Shown here: positions 40,203-59,622 of the stretch, piece by piece
How the letters are laid out: the number at the start of each line of letters is the position of its first letter
How positions within the stretch are numbered: position 1 is the stretch's first letter
NCBI RefSeq assembly: GCF_009914755.1
Contig: NC_060925.1
DNA from: the human T2T-CHM13v2.0 reference genome, Homo sapiens
Strand: one strand, 5' to 3'
DNA: 64,000 nt
Notes under the pieces: generated by a model
The model's database searches: none
Told to the model about the DNA's origin: nothing
What the model saw: only the letters and a program-made list of their open reading frames with translations
Translations under genes and position numbers: made by a program

Positions 40203-41632
40203 CTACTCATGAGGCTGAGGCAGGAGAATCACTTGAAACCAGGAGGCAGAGGTTTCAGTGAGCTGATATCGTGTCATTGCACTCAACCCTGGGCGACAAG
40301 AGTGAAACTCCATCTCAAAAAAAAGAAAAAAAAAAGGCTGAGAATATCCCATATTTATGAGGTGTGTGGCAATGGGTGCAATGTATGAGGTGTAAATTAA
40401 TGCAGCCTTTTGGAAAGCAATTGGCCAATGTGTATAAACTATTAAAAGCATATACCTTTCAACAGAAACATCCAACCTCTAGAAATCCACCCTTCAAAGG
40501 TATTTGAGCACATACACAATGGTATATTACAAGGATATTCATGCAGAACTATTCATAGCCATGAAGAATTATAAACAACCTAGATGGACTTCAGCGGGGT
40601 TGCTGTATTTTCTAACAGTTCTAATTCATGGGTAGTTCTTCCTTACACTGCTGGAATCTATTCACCAGCTCCTGGGTCCAAGGTTTCCCTCCCTGGAGCC
40701 TCACAAAGCAAATCTAATCGAAGGTCATGTTGTCATTAATTTTGTCCTTCCTTGGGCATGGCCTGTATATAAACTCCATGGGCTCTATAGGTCAAACCTG
40801 GGATACAGCGTTCAGAAACACACGTCAGATTACCAGAATTTTTGGAAGCCCAATTGAATGGAGCAGGAGTCTCAAAACAAAATAATGATTACAACACATT
40901 CTAGTCTCAAAGAAATATTCAAGCATCAACATCTGTCCATTCATTTACTTGGCACTCGAGCACTCACTTATTGGGTGTCATTCACTGGGTGGAGATTTAC
41001 TGCACTGACTCTGCTTTCTTACTCACTAAGCAAACCTCCTACCTCTTATCTGCAGCAAGTTGCTGCCCACTCTTTTTTGAAAGGCCTCGCATACACAGAT
41101 CAAAACTGGGTGGCACTGCTGCGAGAAGTTCTCATCCTACAGGTAGGGAACAACTGAGTAGATTGTTAGAATGTCTCTAGCCTTCTGGTTAAAAATGGAA
41201 ATGTTCCTTATGCACACCAAGAACCAAAACCCTTTCATGGGTTCTAAGGATTGGGGAGGGAGAGAAAAGAACCAAAACCCTTTCCTTCATGGTTGGCAGG
41301 TATTCTTTTTTCAAAAAAAAAAAGTTTTTAAACTTTATTATTATTATTATTTTGAAATGGTGGCCTCCCCATGTTGTCCAGGCTAGTCTCAAACCCTTGA
41401 ATTCAAGGGATCCTCCCTGCTTGACCTGTCAAAGCATTGAGATTACAGGTGTGAGAGAGCCTGTAATCCACAAGTATTCTCAAGAGGAAACATAGAAAGA
41501 TCCCACCTGGCCACAAGTACTCTTAAAAGGAAACACAGGGCTGGGCACAGTGGCTCACGCCTGTAATCCCAGCATTTTGGGAGGCGGAGGCAGGCGGATC
41601 ACAAGGTCAGGAGATCGAGATCATCCTGGCTA

Positions 41633-41896
<264 letters not shown>

Positions 41897-41928
41897 TCAC
41901 AGAGCCAGTGTATTGGCCAAAGACTTGA

Positions 41929-42186
<258 letters not shown>

Positions 42187-43389
42187 TAGTAGAGACAGGG
42201 TTTCACCATGTTGGTCAGGCTGGTCTCAAACTCCTGACCTCAAGTGATCCATCCACCTAGGCCTCATAAAGTGCTGGGATTATAGGCTTAAACCACCATG
42301 CCCAGCCGAAAAGAGATTTCTATAAAGAGATTTACATAGGAGACTCCTGACATTTGCAAGAGATTTTTCCAGACCTTTCAGATGCCCTAATGCACTACAT
42401 ACCACATAGTGTCTCCCAAAATTACATTGTAAAGTATAGCCAGGCCAGGCATGGTAGCTCACACCTGTAATCCCAGCACTTTGAGAGGCCGAGGCAGGCA
42501 GATCACTTGAGGTCAGGCGTTCGAGACCAGCCTGACCAACATGGTGAAACCCTGTCTCTAGCAAAAATACAAAAATTAGCCGGCAGTGGTGGCATGTGCC
42601 TGTAATCCCAGCTACTCGGGAGGCTGAGACAGGAGAATCTCTTGAACCCAGGAGGTGGAGGTTGCAGTGGGAGGCGGAGGTTGCAGTGAGCTGAGATTTT
42701 GCCACTGCATTCCAGCCTGGGCGACAGAGTGAGATTCTGTCTCAAAAAAAAAAAAAAGGTTAATCTCTCTCTTGATGAGCAGCCTGGCTGATGCACTCAC
42801 TGAACAACTTTTCCTTGTATCTCAGTGACACACATGGTGGATCTAATGATATCAGGGATCTTAGACACCACTGAACTTGACACAGCATGCCAATTTATCC
42901 AAAACTTCTATTTGTAGCCAAAAAACAAAGTTACTGTCTTATACCTCCCCACTTTCTCTTTGTTTATATCACTGGCACTATTGGATTATTTATTTTATGA
43001 ATCTTTTCTACTCTGCAAACAAGAAACAAATATTTTAATCACTGCATGCAAACTACATAAAGGATAACAGTCATGTGAGATATCCAGGCAGAGCAGTAGG
43101 CCTGGCTCACTAACAGGCAAAGCCAATCATTCAACTCATATTCATTTATAATGGGCCTTTGGGAGTAACTAATAAATTACCAAAATTGCAAGTGTTGAAT
43201 CTGCAAATGTCAAAGACTTCCAGTGGATTCTTTGACAACATGTACGTAGTCGTCATTTGTCAGTTTTCTTGGGGAATTTATCTTCTCCTGGTGGGCAGCA
43301 GGAAACGGATCCCACTACAGACATTAACCATGCCCAATATTCACTTTTGCATGTCCCTAGGCAGCTAGGGCAGCTTGACCAATCAGCTG

Positions 43390-44059
<670 letters not shown>

Positions 44060-44096
44060 CTATCTCAACCAATCAATCAATAAAAGAATGCTTGTG

Positions 44097-44199
44097 GTGC
44101 TCGCTTCAGCAGCACATATACTAAAAACCGGACCAATACAGAGAAGATTAACATGGTCTCTACACAAAGATGACACGCAAATTCGTGAAGCATTCCATA
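44097..44199 (+). pseudogene. U6 snRNA retropseudogene (RNU6-P family)
   Basis: gtgctcgcttcagcagcacatatactaaaa...atacagagaagatta...gatgacacgcaaattcgtgaagcattccata. Diverged from U6, no PSE upstream, 15-bp TSD (44082-44096 / 44237-44251). Confidence 0.93.
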
Positions 44200-44466
44200 C
44201 AAAACATCAGAGTTATTTTTTTTAAAATGTTTTTTAAAAGGAATGCTTCTGGAAGAAAGGGAGGGAAAGAGACAGGGAGAGAAAGAGAGGAGGGAAAAGG
44301 GGGAAGGAGGAATTCCAACCACACATTGACTAAGTCTTTGTGTGACTTTATGTTGAAAAGAGCCTTCTACCGGGCAGGGCGCGGTGGCTCACGCCTGTAA
44401 TCCCAGCACTTTGGAAGGCCAAGGCGGGTGGATCACAAGGTCAGGAGATCGAGACCATCCTGGCTA

Positions 44467-44725
<259 letters not shown>

Positions 44726-45326
44726 CTACCATCACTGGGCACCATCACTGTGAAGCTGCCATGTCATAATGGCTACCAAAAAAAGGGCTTGCCATCTGCC
44801 TTTGAAGAATAGCCTGCCTTGTGTTTGACACTATAAAGACCTGAATTCTACTCCCAGCATCCACATTTAGTTTTCCACTGGGCCTCAGTTTCCTCAGCTG
44901 TAAAACAGAGCTCACCTCTGCCCTGAGTATCTTACAGAATTGTGGTAAGAATCAAATAAAATAATAAAGAGGTACTAGAATAATAAACACTTACTGTGTG
45001 CCAGCATCCAGGCTAAACACTTTATGAGCATTGTCTTCATTAATTTTTACCACTTTGTAAAGCAGGGTAATAATATTCCCATTTTAAGGATAAAGAAACC
45101 CAGGCTCCCAAAGTAACTTACTCAAGGTCTCACAGCTAATAAGGGGAGGGCTGGGAGAAGAGTCTCGGGCGCCTGACTCCAAAGCCCCCACATGTTCCAC
45201 AGCCCCTGTGATTTCTACGCACCAAGTGTTATAGAAAGGTACTCCTTCAACTGTGATGGGATTAGAGTTAAAAATGAAAATTTACTCCAGCCTTGGCAAC
45301 AGAGCAAGATCCTGTCTCTGAAATAA

Positions 45327-45605
<279 letters not shown>

Positions 45606-45687
45606 TGATCCACCCGCCTCGGGCTCCCAAAGTGCTGGGATTACAGGGGTGAGCCACGGCGCCCGGCCTTGTTTTGTTTTGTTTTGA

Positions 45688-45846
<159 letters not shown>

Positions 45847-46616
45847 TAGTAGAGATGGGGTTTCTCCATGTTGGTCAGGCTGATCTCGAACTCCCTACCT
45901 CAGGTGATCCACCCGCCTCGGCATCCCAACGTGCTGGGATTACAGGCATGAACCACTGTGCCTGGCCATGTAAAAAAAAAATTTTAAATAAAAAATAATG
46001 GGCCAGGCATGGTGGCTCATGCCTGTAATCCTAGCACTTTGAGAGACCGAGGCAGGAGGATTGCTTGAGGCCAGGAGTTTGAGACCAGCCTGGGCAACAC
46101 AGCGAAAGCCTTTCTCTACAAAAAAAAATTAAAAATTAAAGTTTGCCAGGTGCAGTGGTGTGCACACCTGCACTTCCAGGTACTCGGGAGGCTGAGGCAG
46201 GAGGATCGCTTGAAACGGGGAGTTCAAGATTGCAGTGAGCTACAATGGTGCCACTTGCACTCCAGCCTGGGTGACAGAGCGAAACCCTGTCTCCAAAACC
46301 TAAATAAATAAAAATAAAAATAAAAATTTAAACAAAAGAAGTGTGAATCTTCTTTTTGGTTATTTTCATCCCATCCTTTCCTGTACTCTTAGCTCCCTCT
46401 TTTTCCTCCAGCTGCCTAGACAGTCCCAGACTAGACCCTGTGAATTCCCGAACGGAAGCTGTAGAGGAAGTGGCAGGTCACTACCCCTGGGAGAAGATGG
46501 GGCTGGGAATTCCCACCATCCCCACTGCTACGACGAGGACTCTAGGTGGACACAAGCGTCCAGGACGGGAAAAGGATTTGCCTCTTTGAGAAGCCAGAGG
46601 ACTAAATCAGGCTCAC

Positions 46617-46731
46617 CTTCCCTTCTTCGCCTCACCCAGGAAGGCCCTGGCAAGGCCAACACCCTTATGACAACTCCTTTTCCATGGCAGACACTTTTAG
46701 TTGTGAGCTTGTGCCGCTTGCCTAGCTGCAT
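46617..46731 (-). CDS. RHBDL2: Alternative coding first exon (1b) of a long RHBDL2 isoform: MQLGKRHKLTTKSVCHGKGVVIRVLALPGPSWVRRRRE-G
   Basis: ATG at 46731 and donor GAAG|GTGAGC (GT 46616-46615). 115 nt plus the 125-nt stop-free start of exon 2 = 80 codons in frame with the main ATG, giving 383 aa, which matches my recollection of a long RefSeq isoform length. Confidence 0.7.
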
Positions 46732-46745
46732 TCAAACAGGGAGGT

Positions 46746-46797
46746 TTTAAATATCTGAATTGTTTTTTCTAAACAGCTGGCCCCACCCATTCATTGG
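46746..46797 (-). promoter_or_regulatory. Candidate core promoter for exon 1b: CCAAT (46797-46793), CACCC/KLF box (46781-46788), TATA-like TATTTAAA (46753-46746)
   Basis: Motifs read directly, in a plausible order and spacing on the minus strand just upstream of exon 1b. Confidence 0.45.
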
Positions 46798-48084
46798 TAC
46801 CAGGCAGGCCCCTGCCGGGGCTGAGACCCGCCTTGATGTGGCTGGGGAGCTCAGGAGGCTGGGCAGCGGGCTGTGCTGGGTGTAGCCAATTGCTGCCCAG
46901 CTGGGGCTGCCAGGGAGACTTTCGGTGGTGTTGCTAGGCGCCTGGGTAATTGGAGAGGCCAGGATTGGACTTCTGGGCCACAGAGCTTAGCAGCCTCCTT
47001 CATCACACTGCAAACCATCATTATGCCAGAGGCCTGCAGCAATCTCTCTGTGGTTACAGCCTGAAAGGATGCTTTTTTAGCTACAGAAATTAAGAACTGG
47101 CTTTTCAATATTACAGGTTTGTGGTTGTGGTTGTTTTCTTTTGGCTGCATTTCTGAGGATACACTTGGAATAAATAGGCAAAAGATTTGAAAACAAAAAA
47201 TGCCTTCACAAACCCCCGTTTCCAAAAGCTTTGCTTTTTGCTGAAGCAAAGCACACTTGACATCAGCAGTAAGGGCAGCTAAGGTAGAGAACTCTGCTTC
47301 CTGAGCTCTCTCCATGGTCCACTCTGCGTCAAAAGTTTCTTCCTTGAAACTTCACAGGTGGGCTATGGTTCAGGGTAGGGGGACCAGAGCCCCAGTCACA
47401 TGCAGGGCCTCTCGGCGGAATAATGTCTTCAAGTCCTTCCCATTCAAAGACCATCATAATACTCAGCCTTCTCACTCTACAGAACCACTTTCGCTTTTAT
47501 TATTTTCTGGATCCTCCCGTCTGCTCTGTGAAGACCTCTTTATTATTCCCATTTTACAGGTAAATAACTAGGGCAAAAAAGAGGCATCCATGATTACATA
47601 CCTAGGTACAGCAAAGCTGGGGCACAAACCTGGGAATCTCAGACCAGAGTCTGGGCCGCCCCACAGCTATTTAACATATTACATATATTTGTGTACCCTA
47701 TTATAGTATTTGTAATAGTAATAATAATACACAATGGTGCAGAAGACATAGGAATTTCATCCTGTATCTTGTATTATCCTAAACACATCATCTTTGTTGA
47801 TGGTGATTGGGCTTTCAAAGCTGTGGTGTGCGCACTAAGGGATATAGTCTGAAAGAATTCCCAAAGACAGACACACTATTTACATGAGTTAACAGACCTA
47901 GCACACCAGAGCACAGGGCTGAAGGAAAACAGTGACCCTGAGCCACTTCCCCCTTAATTCAAGGACAGTTGGCCCAGGCCCTTAAGTAAGGAGACAAAAT
48001 CATGGCTTTCAGTAGATATTTGTGGGCATTTCTCAAAAAAGGCTTTCACTGCTTCGTGTAGAATTTTTTTTTCAATAGTGGTCC

Positions 48085-48835
48085 ACTGATAATGACCAAC
48101 TGTCTGGTTTGCACAGGACTAGGAGTTTCTTGGGATGTGAGACTTTTAGTGCTAAAATCAGGGCAAGCCAAGGGTGTTGGTCACCCTGTCATGGACCACC
48201 TGCATCAGAATCATCTGGGGAGGTTAGCAGAGATGGCTGCTTCTAATCCTAGGGCACTGGTTCTTCACCCTGGCCTCACATCAGAATCATCTGAAGAGAC
48301 TTAAATGTGTTTGAGTTCACCCCGGATCAACAGAAACTGGGTCTCTGGGGTGAAGGCCTGGCACTTGTATCTTTTCATGTACAGCCAAGACTGAAAACTT
48401 CTGCCCTAGAGATTTGGATTCAGAGGGTCTGGGCTCAGGTCTTGTTCAGAAATCTGCAGGCGGCCAGGCACTATGGCTCACGCCTGTAATCCTAGTACTT
48501 TGGGAGGCCGAGGTGGGCAGATCACGAGGTCAGGAGATCGAGACCATCCTGGCTAACACAGTGAAACCCCGTCTCTACTAAAAATACAAAAAATTAGCTG
48601 GGCGTGTTGGCGGGCGCCTGTAGTCACAGCTACTCGGAAGGCTGAGGCAGGAGAATGGTGTGAACCCAGGAAGGCAGAGCTTGCAGTAAGCCGAGATCAC
48701 GTCACTGCACTCCAGCCTGGGTGACAGAGCGAGACTCCGTCTCAAAAAAAAAAAAGAAAAGAAAAAAGAAAAAAGAAATCTGCATGCCTTTTTAACAGCT
48801 CCCAGGGGATTCTTATATACATCATGTTTCAACTA
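48085..48835. mobile_element. hAT DNA transposon relics (MER94-like ~48085-48190; MER5-like ~48195-48835, interrupted by an Alu)
   Basis: tgaccaactgtctggtttgc...ttggtcaccctg; cacctgcatcagaatcatctggg; tttaacagctcccaggggattct. Confidence 0.55.
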
Positions 48836-49095
48836 CCAGTGAATGCTTATGTGATGTGTGCATCCAGTGGTAGCATTCCCTGAATGCCTTGTATGTGTTA
48901 GGCTCTGGAAACACATGGGAAAAAAAAAAAAGAAAGAAAGAAAAGGAAACCACCTCCTGTTCTCCAGTCCCTCTCTATTCACTGGGGAATAAAGACCTAT
49001 AAATTGTTCCAACATAGTATACTGTGGTTTAGATTTAAAAGTGGGTCAGCACCATCAGCATGGTTAGGGCTATTCAGTTCCCAGAAGCCAAGGAT

Positions 49096-50030
49096 GGTAG
49101 ACTAAAGACGGAGCATATAATTTGCCATTCCTCTCACTGAGAGATATGGTTTGGGTTTGTTTCTCCTCTCCTTAAGTCTGGGCCAGCCCTGTGACTGGTT
49201 TTGACCAATACTACGTGGCAGAAGCTATGCTGGATACTTTGCAGGGCCGGGCCTTAACAGCTATGTGGTCCCCACTTTTGCTCCTTTGGGAATGCTTCCT
49301 CTTTGAAGCCTAACACCATATAACCTAACACTACCTGGAGGCCACCATTCTATGAGAAAGCCCAAGGTGCCCACATGGAAAGAGAGGCCATGTAGAAGAG
49401 CACAAAAGTAGGAGTCTCTCTGAGCCTGGTCTGGCTCAGGAGGTTGCCTGATTTAAAAAAAAAAAAAGAAAAAGTCATGTGAAAATGAAATAAAGAAAAG
49501 CACCAAGGTGCCAGACCTATGAATGGAACCTTCTTGACCTACCAGCCCAGCTCATCCACCAGTTGAATACAGCTGTGAATGACCCTAGCTGATGACTACA
49601 TGGAGAAGAACTGCTCAGCTGAACCCTGCCCAAATCCCTGACTTGCATAATTATGAAGAAATAAAATGGCTCTTGGTTTTTCTGTTATTTGTTTGTTTTG
49701 AGACAAGGTCTGACTCTGTCGCCCAGGCTGGAGTGCAGTGGTACGAACTCAGCTCACTGTAAGCTCCACCTCCCCAGTTCAAGGGACTCTTGTGCCTCAG
49801 CCTCCCAAGTAGCTGGGACTACAGGTGAGCGCCACCATGCCCAACTAATTTTCGCATTTTTTGTAGAGATGGGGTTTTGCCATATTGCCGAAGCTGGTCT
49901 TGAACTCCTGAGCTCACGCGATCCACCCACCTTGGCCTCCTGAAGTGCTGGAATTACAGGCGTGAGCCACCACACCTATTCTTGTTTTGAGTCACTAAAT
50001 TTTGGGGTGATCTGTTACACAGTAATAGCT
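49096..50030 (+). mobile_element. MLT1 (MaLR) LTR interrupted by an Alu and a short tailed LTR fragment
   Basis: ccattcctctcactgagag...gtgactggttttgaccaata...ggaggccacc...gagaaagcccaag...ctgcccaaatccctgact...cactaaattttggggtgatctgttacacag. Confidence 0.7.
49404..49493 (+). mobile_element. Short poly(A)-tailed MER57/MER51-like LTR fragment
   Basis: ggagtctctctgagcctggtctggctcaggaggttgcctgattt + A tail; TSD agaagagcac / agaaaagcac. Confidence 0.55.
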
Positions 50031-50149
50031 ACCAGCATGCCTCATCAGAACCAGAAGACAGAATGACATCTCACACCATTCTGCCTTTCTTTCCATTCAC
50101 ATTGTTCATCTTTGTATTCTTCCATTGAGTAGATTACTGATGTCTGACC

Positions 50150-54465
<4,316 letters not shown>

Positions 54466-55152
54466 GCCGAGTATTCTTAAATAAAACAAATACTACGAGT
54501 CTGTAGTAGAGGCACAGCACCCTTTAGTTTCTCCTGCCTAATCTCTCTTTACTTGCTATCTCTCAGGAACACAGCATTCTCTAACTGTCCTTTTGAACAA
54601 TGGACCTTGTTCAATGAATTTGGGATGGACAGAGGTGTAACTTTCTTATAAAGCCAAAGAAGAGAAACAATGAAAACAGAGTTGAAAAGGAGAACTTAAA
54701 AGAATCCAGACAAGCAGATGACTTTTAGGCAAGAGTCCCTGCAGAAGCTGAGAATCTGGAAATGGACTCTTTTAATGTTATCTGTGCCCCCGCATCCCCA
54801 GTTCCAGGACCACTGGCTAGTTTGACACACCCTCACTGGGCACACTCAGAGCTAGATATAATTCCTGGAAACCCTTCTACACCTCCATCTCTAGCTCTCT
54901 GGCATAAGAAAGCACAAGGTATTGCAAGTAGTATCCTTGAACTTATTCCAGATTATACAAAAGGAAACTATTTATAAATTTCCAAACTTTTATTAGGAGG
55001 AACAGATTCACTGTGACCCAGTATACAGCTGAGGGCAAAGTACCAGTCATCAGGAACAGGCCAACTCAAGAGATCCTTCATGAACAAACCATGCTGAAGT
55101 CTTAAAAAGGAAGACTAATTTTCATAGATAGGTGGGGACCCATCAGGCCTGA

Positions 55153-55467
<315 letters not shown>

Positions 55468-55529
55468 TGATCCGCCCGCCTCGGCCTCCCAAAGTGCTGG
55501 GATTAGAGGCGTGAGCCACCGCGCCCAGC

Positions 55530-56250
55530 CAAAATCTTTTCAATGGGTATCCAATGTCTTTGGTTTAAAGCCTAGATTCCTTAACGAGGCACAGAAAGAC
55601 CTCATGACCTGAACCCTGCCTATTTATCCACCTTCATTTCTTTCCATTTCCCCAAATATACCCTATGCCCCAGCCACACTGAGCCCCTAGCAGTTCCAGC
55701 TCCCACTCTCCATGAGGTCTTTTCATGAGCTCCTCCCTCTGCTAGAACATCCTCCCACACTCCCCATTTGTTGTCCCAGGGAAGTATTAACACCCCCTTT
55801 AAGACTCTGTTCCTTACTATCACATTTGGGATTAAGTTAAAGAAAAGAAAAGAAAATTTTTTAATTAAAGAAAAACAAAACTAAAAGACTCTGTCCTTTA
55901 CAACTCCTCTGCAAAGCCTTACTGAGCATCTACCACATGCTTAGCATTGTGTTAGGCACCGAGGATGCATGGTAGAATTAAATGCCCTTCTTAGTTCCAT
56001 CAGCAACCTCTGTTTGCATCTAGAGCATCAATGTCTTCTTTGTATTATAACTGTCTCCTCTACAAGGCTGTGAGCATTCTGAGGACAGGGCTTCTGCATT
56101 ATTCATCTTTGACTCCCTATTACCTAGTCCATGGAATGCATCAGTAAATATTTGTCAAATTCATTTACTCACAAAGAATTCATTGAAAATTTTTGTATCA
56201 GGAATGAATGAGGTGCTGAACGAACAGGATTATAAAACTGAATGAACAGG
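55530..56250 (+). mobile_element. L2 fragments
   Basis: ccttaacgaggcacagaaagacctcatgacctg...ggctgtgagcattctgaggacaggg...cagtaaatatttg. Confidence 0.6.
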
Positions 56251-56454
56251 ATCATGCTTATGATCCCTGCCCTCTTGAAACTTTGTAGTCTCAGGGGATA
56301 AACAGAGCACTTGATTTAATGAATGATGTAGGAATGAGTGAATGAGTTAACGAATCAGGGAAGGAGTCTGGATGCAGCAGCCCAGAGCAGATCTACAGGA
56401 AGTGAAAGGCCAGTGTCTAGAGAGGTAGTTGGGGAATGCTGATGCCCTTTTGGT

Positions 56455-57195
<741 letters not shown>

Positions 57196-58897
57196 CTTTC
57201 TAATACAGAGAAACTTGAAAGACAGCAAGCACCAGAGCAAAAAGCATGGAGTTTAGAGTCTGACCTAGACTTGAATTCTGGATCCATTACTTATTAGCCA
57301 TGTGACCTTAGGCAAATCCCTTAACCTGTTTGTATCTTCATTTCCCCATCTATAAAATAGGGTTAATAATAATATCATAAGAGGATTATGATTAAATAAG
57401 AGAATGCATTTAAAAGCCCTTAGCCTGCATCCATAGTTTAGGAATTGGTGGTTCCCATCACTTGCTCAGTGTTGAGTGTGCAAATTCAGAAACACAGCAT
57501 GTCTGGACTCAGCCCTGGTCCAGTATTTTTACCACAAACCAGCACCTGACACCTTCCCTAATCCCATGCCTATGTGGCTCTCCCTTCTTTTTTATTTTAT
57601 TTTTTAAAGACAAGGCCTCACTTTATTGCCCAGGCTGGTCTCGAACTCCTGGACTCAAGGAATCCTCCCGCCTCGGCCTCCCAAATCACTGGGAGCGAGC
57701 CATGGAACCCAACCTTCCCTCTCCCTTCACCACTCCACCCGTCACTGGCCAGTTCTGTTTACACGCTGCCTACGTGCTTTCAAGGCCAGGGGTTGTCTAG
57801 CATATCTTTACAAGCCTAAGGTGAGGGAGTTGCTGGTTAGGGAGAGGCATGGCAAGAAGGCAGTCAAAGAGGAAGGGAAAAGCACAGGTGTTTAGGAAGG
57901 CTCCACAATGAGCCTGGCACCCAGCTTGGTATTCAACATGCATTGTTCCCTGTCATCTTCATAAAAATATCATTTTGAGCTGGCCGCCGTGCCTCAGTTA
58001 ACTCAGGAAGCTGAGGCAAGAAGACTGCTTGAGCACAGGAGTTTGAAGTTGTAGTAAGCTATGATCAGCCACTGCACTGCAGCCTGGGCAAGGTAGCAAG
58101 ACCCTGTCTCTTTAAAAAAAAATTATAGCTGAGGAAACTGAGGCTCAGGAGGTAAACAGGAGATATGGGATAAAAAGCCAAGTGTCTTTGTGACTCCAAA
58201 ATAATTTTCTGCTCTGCCATGCTGCCCACCAGCTTGTAGATGACCATCAAATGTTTGAGCAATAAGTTTCAGTTTTCTTATTCCCAAGAGGAGCAGAAAT
58301 TGCGCAGCCCTCCCTCCAGAGAATCCAGGTATATGCTCAAACAGTGATGAATAAACAAATGAACACTAATGAATAAATGAAAGATTGAGTGAAATCTCTC
58401 TGATACCCACACCAGGAAGAAGGAAACAAATAACTCTGGAGGAGCCGCCTTGCGGGTAGAAGTGGAGACTGTCTCCCTGGCTGTGGTCTCCAGTGTCCAG
58501 GTCAGCAAAGGGCTAGGAACTGGCTTAGTTGGAGTTAGAAAAACTTAGGAGGGTAGGGGGTGCTGGGGAGAACGTGATGGCTGGAGGGAAAGCCAGTGTG
58601 AAGGGCAGGGAAGAGGAATGGAATTACTCTGTCCTCATCCTCAGCCCTTCCCTGCCATTTCCCTCGGGAAGATAGCCCCTGACTCCTGGCCCAACATGCT
58701 GCCAACTTTTAAAATGAAAGTAGCAGGATCCAAAGCGGCCACACCAGGAGGTCACTCCAGAAGGGGGGTTACCAGCGAAGCACCCCACATGTCCCTCCTC
58801 CTTCCTGCACAGCACCCCTCGGCCCTGCACTTCCTGCTGCCGCCCCCTTGTCCTGACATAGGACTCCCTCCACTCCCTCCCAGCTCCCACATCTTAC

Positions 58898-59056
58898 CCT
58901 GAAAGACCAAGGTAGGGGCGTCCCAGCCCACGCCCTCCGGTCCTTGCGTTCCAGGCTTCCTGGGCCAAGGGGTTGCCCGCTGCCCTGAAGATCCCGCTCT
59001 GCCAGGCGCTCCTCCGTCCCTCCCCAAACAAAAATCCTCCAGACAGGTTCCAAAGC
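58898..59056 (-). other. RHBDL2: Distal first exon (1a), nominally 5' UTR; 5' boundary approximate
   Basis: Strong donor CAGG|GTAAGA (GT at 58897-58896) in a GC-rich non-repeat island (~58300-59500); position fits the expected gene length. Confidence 0.7.
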
Positions 59057-59622
59057 TGCCCAGCCCAGGAGGAGGGAGGCTGAGGAAATCCCCTCCCAGC
59101 TGGGCTGGGCCGGCCTGCTTGGCAGTCTTGCTCCTGGGCTGGCCCTGGATGAATGAGTCCTCCTCTTCGCCTGCTTGGGTCTTAGCCAGGGAGCCGGTGG
59201 CAGCCTCTGCTCTTTCTCCAGGACACTGAGCTCCATTCCTCCTCCAAGTCCTGCCCTCCTGCTTCATGCCTGGGTCCCCTGCTCTCCACTCTCAGCTCTC
59301 TGACGCCTCAACCGGGTGGTCTCTATCACTCTGCATTTGGTTATGCTCCAGTCTGAAGCCAGGCCTGTACTGGGCACCAGGGTGGGTGACTTGACGATCC
59401 TCAGCAGAGATTTAGTCCACAGAAGAATTGGTGACACCATGGCCCCTGGTGAAATAGCTTTGCCAGCTCTGATTATTCATTCAAAGCATTTTGAGAATAA
59501 CTGGCCTTGTGTGAGGCCCTGAGGATGAAGAGGTAGATTAACGGGGTCCCTGACCTCCTACTCTACTAGGAAGACAAAGAATGAAGCTCTAAGTAGACGC
59601 TGCTCAAGATTCAGGCAGAAGG

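Noticed and set aside
44097-44199. Functional U6 gene
   Set aside because: Multiple substitutions, no upstream PSE/TATA (an Alu tail instead), no terminal T run, and a TSD is present.
46851-47315. 154-aa minus-strand ORF upstream of exon 1b
   Set aside because: No recognisable domain, ends before exon 1b, and is compatible with chance in GC-richer sequence.
58550-59320. CpG island at the distal promoter
   Set aside because: GC-rich, but CpGs look only modestly enriched by eye; it cannot be called without computing observed/expected.
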